This document shows positions 37,088 to 45,822 of a DNA stretch of 45,822 bases, in pieces. The first letter of the stretch is position 1, and each line of letters starts with the position of its first letter. A program made the position numbers and the translations under genes. The notes beneath the pieces were generated by a model that was not told the DNA's origin, searched no databases, and worked only from the letters and a program-made list of their open reading frames with translations. The stretch comes from Octopus bimaculoides (lineage: Eukaryota), in assembly GCF_001194135.2 (NCBI RefSeq), contig NC_068982.1:264150-309971 (forward strand), given 5' to 3'.

Positions 37088-37344
37088 GATAAGGGTACCG
37101 GTTGATCTGAGCAATGGAATAGCCTGCTCGTGAAGCTGATGTGCAAGTTCTTAACGTAGTTCTTAGGGAGATTCAGCGTGACAGAATGTGATAAGGCCAG
37201 TCCTTTGAAATACTGGTACTACACATTTTTGCCAGCTGAGTGGACTGGAACTACATGAAATAAGTGTCTTGCTCAAGGACACAACGCACTACCGATTATC
37301 AAACTTACGATTCTGAGCCAACTCCCCTAAACACTAAGCCATAC
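37088..37344 (-). mobile_element. tRNA-derived SINE (octopus-type)
   Basis: The minus strand reads GTATGGCTTAGTGTTTAGGG...GTGTCCTTGAGCAAGACACTT...CCAGTCCACTCAGCTGGC. Confidence 0.7.
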
Positions 37345-38454
37345 ACTTTTACAAGAGGAATTCAGTGTAAGAAACAATATATTGGGTCGGGGCATTGTTA
37401 AAGAAGTCTATAGTAGCTTGGTTTAAACTATTGTCTTGGGACAGTCATTTCGTCATTAATAATAAACACACGCATTGGTTTAATATCATTTCTTTATTGT
37501 TAGTCAATCAGTTAAATATCTAACCAACTAACTAGTCGATTGTTTGTTTAATGAGCTTGGCTAAACAGTCATTTGGTTGCTTATCAGAATCCTTTCGTCG
37601 CTATTCGTGGCCTCGTCAATTCCATGCCTTCTCTCTTCAAATTCTGGCGTAGTGATTTCCCGCAAGACACAAGATTTATTTTAACTCACAAATTCACGTC
37701 AAGAATCTTGCAAACCGAACTCAATATTTGTTTTTATAAAATTGAACGTAATTTTAATTTATAAATAATTTTATTAGGAAATCAATAAAAGATTTTCAAA
37801 ATAAATATTAATAAAATTGATATTTTATATTTGAAAAAAACCCTAACAAAAACCATATTAATTCTGTTTGGGTGTTATCGATGCCTCTAACCTTAATTAC
37901 GTTTATTTTTAGAACATTCTATTTTTGCTCATAAATTCTCTCTAGAAAATGGAAAGTATGTTAATATTTTATTTGAAATCTATCTAAACTCAGTACTTTG
38001 GTACATATATAATTCTTATTCAGAAAATCAAACATCTGAAATACTTTGGCGAGGAATAAATATTTTTTAAGTGAAAAAAATGTAAAATTAATTACGCTTA
38101 CAGATTATTCAATTAATATGCCATTGTTGGAGACATGATCTTTGAATTAGGTAGAAATAGCAGTAAAACTATCTTAAACCATGTCTTATCGTCTTAAGAC
38201 ATAAAAAAAAAAAAAACATTAGAGGTTTACAGTTGTAACGCTTCAGGTTTCTAGGGTGAGCTGTGGGGGGTGTTGCTTATTACTAATAACTCACTTCGTA
38301 ATTTTTCAGACTTTTAGGGTTAGTCAAAAAAAGAAAAAGAAAAAGAAAAACAAACAACAACTATTCCAGCCGATGCAGAATTTAGAAAAATGAAACGGAC
38401 AAGTCATGTAATTAAACTTTACAGAAAACTCAAAACATTAATTGCAAACTTTTG

Positions 38455-38761
38455 CCAACGTGGAAACAACGTCATGCAAAGCACGTGCGGTGAGAATAAA
38501 ACAAAATGTTTCAGCCGATAAAATAACTTTTATTATCAAATCTCAATCATGTACAAATGGACAAATGGACAAATGCAAAAGTTTGACATTTTAAGTTTAA
38601 AGAAAACTTATAAAAGTTAATGTAAGAAATCCGTGGAAAAAAACCCCAGCAATGAAGCAGCGGAAATGACATCACTATGGACACGTCTCGCTTTCCTATA
38701 ACTTTCTTTGGAGTGTGTGTCACATTTCAACGAATCGCAGACATTTGTAAACATCACGTGA
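38455..38761. promoter_or_regulatory. Cluster of ACGT-core/E-box/CRE-like motifs upstream of PERK
   Basis: CCAACGTGG 38455, AACGTCA 38468, GCACGTGC 38481, TGACATCA 38667, TCACGTGA 38754. Confidence 0.3.
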
Positions 38762-39151
38762 GATAAATCTCAAGTTGACACTCACCAGTCTCTCTCTTCC
38801 TCCTCTGCTTCTTCTTATTTTCCCTCCCTTTATTAGTTTACGCGGGTTTCATCTCCTCTCACTCCCCTCTCTCATTTCGTCATTTACTTCATTTCGTGCA
38901 CTTTGTTTCATCGAGAATCGTTGATCGCTTTAACAATTCAGTTTTTACGTTGGTCTCGGTTGTCGTGACCGACAAATTATATTAATAGGTTTTTATTTTA
39001 ATGCACTTCTTGTCATTATTTGCATTTTCACCGTGTAATTTCAACCGAGGTGAAATAAGTAAAGGACGTGATTCAGGCGAAGAAAGAGAAACAAAAGAAA
39101 AAGGAAATATCGGAAGATTGTTGTGGGTAACGTGATAAAGCAGACTAAATC

Positions 39152-39428
39152 ATGTAAAATTATTATCAAAAAAAAAAAGAGCTCATGTAAGTTATACGAA
39201 TTGTATAACAAAATTAAGGACGGATGTTATTGTTTGTGATAAACTTGTAAATCCAGTGTTTAAACAATTTACGAAATCGACCGACGACACAGTTTTTTTA
39301 GTGTGACCAAAGAACAAAATCCAAATAATAGAACATGGGTCAGTTTAGAGTTTAAGCAGGTTAACCATATAAAGAGTATCATCAGTGACGACTAGTATTT
39401 TCTGACCAGGATTATGTACGAGTCTTAA
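39152..39428 (+). promoter_or_regulatory. uORF/start-stop cluster in the putative PERK 5' leader
   Basis: ATGTAA at 39152 and 39185; MLLFVINL* at 39224-39250; MGQFRV* at 39335-39355; MYES* at 39414-39428, whose TAA overlaps the main ATG. The TSS is unknown. Confidence 0.5.
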
Positions 39429-39645
39429 TGGGTGGTTACAAACCATCCCGTGGTCGGTTTTTGTGCTTTTCATTAACAGCACCAACAACAATAATAAACA
39501 TAACATGCCTTTATTTTGTTGTCATCTCGTTTTGTTTCTGTTACGGAACCCTTAAACCCAATTCACACGACGAGACTACTAACACATATCAACAAACACA
39601 GTCATGTCCCTGGATTCGGTACCTTTCCAGTAATCAAGACAAAAC
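39428..39645 (+). CDS. EIF2AK3: PERK/EIF2AK3 coding exon 1 with signal-peptide-like segment (IINITCLYFVVISFCFCYG)
   Basis: First in-frame ATG after a TGA at 39386. Donor AC|GTAAGT (phase 2) joins in frame to the 43856 exon. Confidence 0.72.
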
Positions 39646-41234
39646 GTAAGTAAATTAGCAAAAAAACATTTGGCATATTTTATAAATAATGACGCTATTT
39701 GTTTGTCTTTTACAACAAGAAGACAATCAATAAGCTTCAAGTTTTTTTTATTCTCACTTCTCATAATATTTACGATGTGTTTTTTTTCATTTATATGTAA
39801 CAATAAGTTATAAATTACTTCAATGTTTATACATTTACTCCTATCCGCGTGTTATCCTCATGGAAATAAAATTACGATTCTGTAATAAATCTTTTCTGAA
39901 AACTTTAAGGGACATAACATCTTTATAGTATCTGTTGATTGGCCTTATTAAGGTTTTTTTTTTTTGCTATCAAAATAAATAGAAAAGAAAAGAAAAAATT
40001 CCAGTGTTTGTATGATTAGAGCAGGATTAAGGTCCACCTTGTTTTACTGCCCCACTCCGACTAATTTCCTTAACTTTTAAATATTGTATCTCGGTTAGAT
40101 CCCCAAATATAATTAATATCTTATTCGGACACATCCACCTGGAATTTCCAAAGACAGCTTTTTGTGTGTGTAGATTTCGAACATGTTAACATTTTACACA
40201 CAAGCATTGATGTTTGTCACAACAGGAAGAGGACATATTGTAAAATATCCTCCAAAATATTTGCATCAGTTCATTGATTATTTACTTTCTGAATGAATAT
40301 AAAAATATTTACAAAAATTCATCACTATAATCGTATTCTACACGTTCAAACACGTATCTCCCTAAAATTTCTTGAAAAATATGTATTAAAAAAATTACAT
40401 GGATATAAAAAAAACGGCAAAAATTTACCCCCAAAACTTTTTACACACTTAAATGGCTTTCTTTTACAACTAATTGATTTTATATAAACATTTAAAATAT
40501 TAAGAGGTCAGACTGTACTTTTCGTCATAGCTTAAAAAAAAAAAGTATTATTAAAAACGATTTAATTTTAGACTTGAATTTGGTTACTTATTAAATGAAA
40601 TAATTTGAATGCGAGCATTTCATAAGGATTAAGTAAATTGATAAAGCACCGAGATCAATTGATAAAGCACTGAATACGTTGTAAATTGAATTATGTAATA
40701 ACAATTCTATTAACAATTTAGTCGTCTCTAGAAGACGTCTTCAAAGATTTTATTAATCATGTACACGTTGATAAATTAATGGACCATATATCAGGAAAAA
40801 AAAAAATGAAATTAAAGAATCAACATTAAATATATATGTGTGTGTGTGAAAGTATATTTGGCCTAAATACGGTTTATACATGTCATCGATTGTTTGTTTA
40901 CATTAAAGTATTAAAACTAATGGATTGCCAACTGATATTTGCATAAAAGTGAAAATGAAACGTATTGATTTTTGATTAACTCTTCAATTACTCTCCAATA
41001 GTGTTTTCATATCTCTGAATATAAAATCTAAAATTGTAAAAATTCTAAATCTACTATAAAATCTAAAGAAAGAAACAAGGTTGAACTGCATTTCTTTGCT
41101 CCTATCTGTCTTTTGAGACAGTTAATGAGAAAGAAGGATGAATATCACCGCCCCAATCTCTTCTGCATCTGTCTTCCCCAACATTGGATTCGGACCTGGT
41201 AAGCCGAAAAACTACACCAGGTTTTAGTTGTCTC

Positions 41235-41815
41235 ATTTGGCTTGGTTTCTATGGCTGGATGCCCTTCCTAATGCCAACCACTTTACAGAGTGTACTGGGT
41301 GCTTTTTATGTATATGTTTGCAAACTGTGTGTATATATATATATATATTTAAACTTTTAAATTTTGTAAACATATTAGGAAGTTATATATAGAGAGATAT
41401 TATTTTTAATGAAGATATCTTAGAATTTGTATGATTAAGTAGGATCTGTTAATAATAATAATAAAGAAAAATCACCTGAGGACGCATTGGTGGATTTATG
41501 TATTAGATATAGCCTGGTAAAACAAACCACCAGCGCAGAAACACGTGTAGCGTTGATTAATATTATCTTCTTTCCCCACAGTTAATAAGAGGTAAGGTAT
41601 ATATATTTTTTGTAAAATGTGTTTATATAATTTTTAATTCATTCTAATGTATGTTATTTTATTGCATGATATAGTAGAGCATCCAGCTGTAGAAACTGCC
41701 AGATCAGATTGGAGCCTGGTGCAGTCTTCTGGTTTGCTAGCCCTCAGTCAAACCATCCAACCCATGCCAGTGTGGAAAGCGAACGTTAAATAACGACAAC
41801 AACGATGATGATGAT
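41235..41815. mobile_element. Two RTE tail fragments (minus 41235-41310; plus 41680-41815)
   Basis: Conserved tail module in each. Confidence 0.6.
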
Positions 41816-41896
41816 ATATTTATATATATATGTATATCTACAGATATGTGTGTGTATATATATATATATATATACATGTATATATATATATATATA

Positions 41897-43203
41897 TGAA
41901 GGTCAACTGAAAAGTTCAAAAGTTGATAAAGATGAAGTTTATTTTTCAACATAGTCGCACATGCGTCTTCCATCAGTGTTGCGGTTCTTGGATCCCATTG
42001 ATGAAGAAGCTCTCATCCTGTCGGTCAAAAAAGTCATCAACAGCAGACATGACATCTCCATCACTATAATACTGGTTCCCAGCCTAGAGTTTTTTCATGC
42101 TGGGGAATAGATGATAGATGGGTCAGATAAGGAGAATAGGGAGGGGGGTGGGGNNNNNNNNNNGGAATAGATGATAGATGGGTCAGATAAGGAGAATAGG
42201 GAGGGGGGTGGGTGATTAACCCATTCAAAACCACAGTCACACATAGCAGCCATTGAAACCAAGGACTTGTGTCCTGATAAAACAAGACCCCTTTCATTAG
42301 TTTCCCTGGACATTTGGTCTTCATTGCCTTTCATAACAGTCTCAGCAAGTTGGCATAGTACTCGCCATTGATAGTATGGCCCTTTTGAAGTCTGTAAATA
42401 CAATGCTTTTTGCATTCTAAAAACTGAGGCTATCACCTTTCCTGCAGACGAAACGACCTTGGCCTTCTATGGAGTAGGTGGGGAGGGGGTGTTTCCACTG
42501 CATGGATTGTCTCTTTGTCTCTGGCTCAAAGTTATGGAACCAACACTTGTCCTGGCTTAGGAAATGTTCAAAAGAACCAGCTGGATCTGCCTCAAGCAAT
42601 GTTAAATTTTCCCCATGATGTGATCAGCCTAGTGCACTTTTGACGAGGTGTTAGAAGACAGGGCATCCACTGAGCAGAAACCTTCCTTATGCCAAGTTCA
42701 TTGTGCAGAATACTCTCAACTCTCTCACAAGTTATGCTAAATAGCATTGGCTATTTGATTTATAGTCATTCATCAGTCATCCATCAGCATGTGGTGAACA
42801 CAGTCAGTGTTTTCCTTGTTGGTGGCAGTTGCAGGACGGCCAGACCTTGGGTCATCTTTAAGATTCTCCCTTCCCCTCCTAAATTTAGCTATCCTTTATT
42901 GCACTGTTGATAAAGCTGGAGTGTCATCACGTAATATAGTGACCATGTCAGCATGAATATTGTTGGGGGCTAAACTCATTTTCTGCAGGGACTTGGTACC
43001 TCAATGTCAAATTTTGTCCATTTTCAAGAGAAGTCACTGTTAATTACTTTTGAAGTCTTCTTTGATCAGTCAGATGTCAGTTTTTACCGGGAAAGAAACA
43101 ATGCAGTTATTAATGAGAAGGGTTGAAATTAATGTATGCAAAATTTCACAGCTCTAGCATCACTTCTTCATAGTCAACCTATGAACTTTTCAGCCCACCC
43201 TCA
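41897..43203 (-). mobile_element. Mariner (irritans/Himar1-Hsmar2-like), about 1.3 kb, decayed
   Basis: 30-bp degenerate TIRs (TGAAGGTCAACTGAAAAGTTCAAAAGTTGA / revcomp TGAGGGTGGGCTGAAAAGTTCATAGGTTGA); WFHNFEPETKRQSMQWKHP, LFYQD, HPPYSP. Confidence 0.85.
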
Positions 43204-43855
43204 TGTTTATATGTGTATATATATTTATATGTATGTATGTACTTAGGTCTGTTTGTCTGTCTGTCATTGTTTTATTTGAAGATTTCTTGCCAATAGAGAA
43301 AGAGCTGGTTTCTAACCTAGATCCATGGCTCCTTTATTGAATTTTGACATCAGCAACAGGGTATTTTTGAATGCATGTATGTATGTATCTGTGTAAATTT
43401 GTATGTTTTGTTTTATGTGTGTCTTCTCATGCATATAGTTACATGTCTAGACATGCTCATATATATATTTAAATGATGAACTTCTGGAAAGTTTTACAGA
43501 ATTTTACAGTTCCAGTGATGGATTGGATCTGTAGTCTTCGAATCAGCTTTCTCCTTTCTGGTTTTGAGAAACCTAATTTCTCAAGATTGGTATTTAGGCA
43601 GTCTTACATATCCCAGGGCCCCAATAATTACAGTTATAAACCTGAACTTGTAACCTGGATATGTTAACATCTGCTGAGCAGCTAATTGACATCAAAGTTC
43701 CATACCAAACCGTTTGGGATCCTCCATTTGTATATCACTGCATATCTCTCCTGTCTTTGCTCCAGGGAGGAGAGACATAACTTTTATATTTTAAAATAAT
43801 TTTGGAAAGTTGTCAAGTTGTTTCACATACGAACATTTTTTTGTTTTCTTTCTAG

Positions 43856-43982
43856 TGTTTTCATTGTCAGCACATTAGACGGCAGAGTGCAGGCTTTTGA
43901 TGTGAAGAACAATGGAAAAATTTTATGGAGTGTCCAAGCTAATTCTCAACCATTACTGTCATCTAGTATCAGTAAGATAGAG
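43856..43982 (+). CDS. EIF2AK3: PERK/EIF2AK3 exon 2, start of the luminal domain (VFIVSTLDGRVQAFDVKNNGKILWSVQANSQPLLSSSISKIE)
   Basis: Acceptor TTTCTTTCTAG and donor GAG|GTGAGA. Closely matches human PERK [42 protein letters not shown]. The gene continues beyond the window. Confidence 0.9.
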
Positions 43983-45149
43983 GTGAGATTAATTTTGATT
44001 TTTTATTTTAATTCCAATTTTTTAAAGATAATTTTTTGTGTACATATTTATATATTTTGAGCTTTTGTAATGGAAACTCCTGTTAGATTACTAAGATACA
44101 CTACTACTACTACTACAGCCAAAATAAACCACTTACAATAATTTTGATATGATGATACATATGTTAAGGGTATATTTAGGAACATAAAGTTTGTTTTTGT
44201 TTATAATTTTAAGAAACAAAGAAATGAATATAAAATAAGTGCTATCAACTGAATTTTCTTTTTAGATATGAAATAGTCGACTGTTTAGCTTTTTTCAGTG
44301 TATTTAAAAAAGTTATTTTCTTATTTAACATTATCGGCAAATATCTTTTTTCATCATATTGTTGGATCAATTAATGCCTTGACAGTGAAATTAGCTTGAA
44401 AGAAATTGTATGGAAGCTATCAGAGAAACAATTCCTATTCTTGGATAGAACACAATCCATTGACTGGTTTAATAACATTCACTGGTCATTGCACTCCATT
44501 TCAACCCTTCAGATTAAGTATCCAATTTGAGAGTAAATTGTCCCTCTCCAATCTTTGAACCTTTGAAAGGGATCATGGGCAACCCTTCTTCTGGAAAACA
44601 GATCCACTGATAGGATTTGAACTGTAATTCTATTAGTTGCCACAAGACCATTGTTGCCAATTGCAGAGCGCATTTGTCAATCTCTCTCCTGAATCTATTT
44701 TTTTCATGCTTTTTAATGTATCTTTAAAAATCGTAACTATTTTTATCGCCACAAGCTAAATTATCTTGTCAGTTACTTAGCAAAGTAGGACAAATTAAAC
44801 TTCATTTATAAATGATATACATTGCTGAAATAAACATTGAAGATGCTTTGCCATGAGCAGAAACTTCAGGATTACTTGAAGCTCTTTCTCTTGGTGGAGA
44901 ACAGAGTATTCATGTTGTTGGCAACCCGTCTGCATTTTCAGCTGGTATCTGAGAGTCACAAGTATTTTGTACCTTAGCCTGTTGAGGCCAGTGAGGACTC
45001 TTCAAGGGTGAGTCAGAAAGTTTTGATTTGCTCTCGTATATACGAGAGTCAGTCAAAAAGTAACACAAATAAAAATTGCATTTCATCACCCTTGTGAATT
45101 AGCCTTCATCTGCAGAAAGGTTCCATTTGTAGTCTCTTGTCAGCCGCCA

Positions 45150-45503
45150 CTTCAGCTGCCCCCAGCCTGCTTGGCTATCTTCCTTGGGACTTTTTTCAGT
45201 TGTTGGGTTCCAAAGCAGGGCTTCTGGAAAAAACAAAAGAAACTCGTATTGATCTTGATGGGAATTGGGGAATAAAGATGGTTGCCGTCTTTTGACAAGA
45301 GCCTCATGAATCAAATTCTGGTACTTGGCTTTCTTCTGTTGGTGAGATATATTAAGTCTGCTCTTCCATGTTACTGTGAGGTAGGCTGCTAAAATGTTTT
45401 TTCTGTTCCTGGAACAATATCTGATTGGATGTGAGGTTACTGCTACCAGAATGATGAACCTTTCTGGAAGTGATGGCAATAATCTCACTTTGGTTACTTG
45501 CAT
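45150..45503 (-). mobile_element. Restriction-like endonuclease (RLE) non-LTR retrotransposon relic, Hero-like
   Basis: VAVTS..P..SRNRKNIL..LTVTW...SHQQKKAKYQNL resembles the RPDIV..ELTVPWEE..HERKKAKY..L motif; DIV is in the adjacent frame. Confidence 0.55.
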
Positions 45504-45600
45504 GTCCCAGTCATATGCTTGAGGGAAAGTAGGAAAGCCGGTTCCTTAGAGCTGTTTTTCTCCTCTGAAGAATTACAGCGTGATGTGCTGCTTGACTGGT

Positions 45601-45633
<33 letters not shown>

Positions 45634-45822
45634 TTATATATATATATGATGATGATGATGATGATCTTTTCTCCCGCCATGCCTCTGTCTACCCCTCCAT
45701 CCTCTCTCTCTCCCCTTCGTAGTTTTTCCTTTAAGGTCTTCAGGTTCTGGCTATATATAAATGAGAAACCCATTCTAAATTATCTCGCTGACGTACTACG
45801 ACGAAATACCCAAGATGCAGAT

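Noticed and set aside
37573-37764. CpG-rich short ORF upstream of PERK as an extra exon or gene
   Set aside because: No recognisable homology or splice-consistent link in either strand.
42104-42212. ~49-bp direct duplication in the mariner
   Set aside because: The copies flank a 10-N gap exactly, typical of an unmerged contig overlap artefact.

Overview
Repeat-rich animal genomic scaffold with several N gaps. The SINE/RTE-LINE repertoire and microsatellite load suggest a cephalopod, probably Octopus (inference). Two + strand intron-containing genes can be built from splice-consistent exons that the ORF track mostly misses. (1) A complete PMF1/Nnf1 (MIS12 kinetochore complex) ortholog: exons 4287-4420, 12616-12721, 19499-19602, 23785-23983 and 28709-28762, about 198 aa, plus a possible 21/26-nt microexon at about 24048-24073. 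(2) The first two coding exons of PERK/EIF2AK3 (39428-39645, 43856-43982). Most of the rest is decayed RTE LINEs and their (GAT)n-ended tails, CR1-type and RLE-type LINE fragments, tRNA-derived SINEs, Tc1/mariner elements and MITEs, a hAT relic and a 5S rRNA pseudogene. The best leads are a dense uORF/start-stop cluster ending in a TAATG stop-start overlap on the PERK start codon, the PMF1 tandem-acceptor microexon, a 5S-tRNA-SINE juxtaposition, and several intronic fold-back structures that could be ADAR substrates. No prokaryote-type system (CRISPR, operon) is present. All protein assignments come from visual motif recognition; no searches were run.
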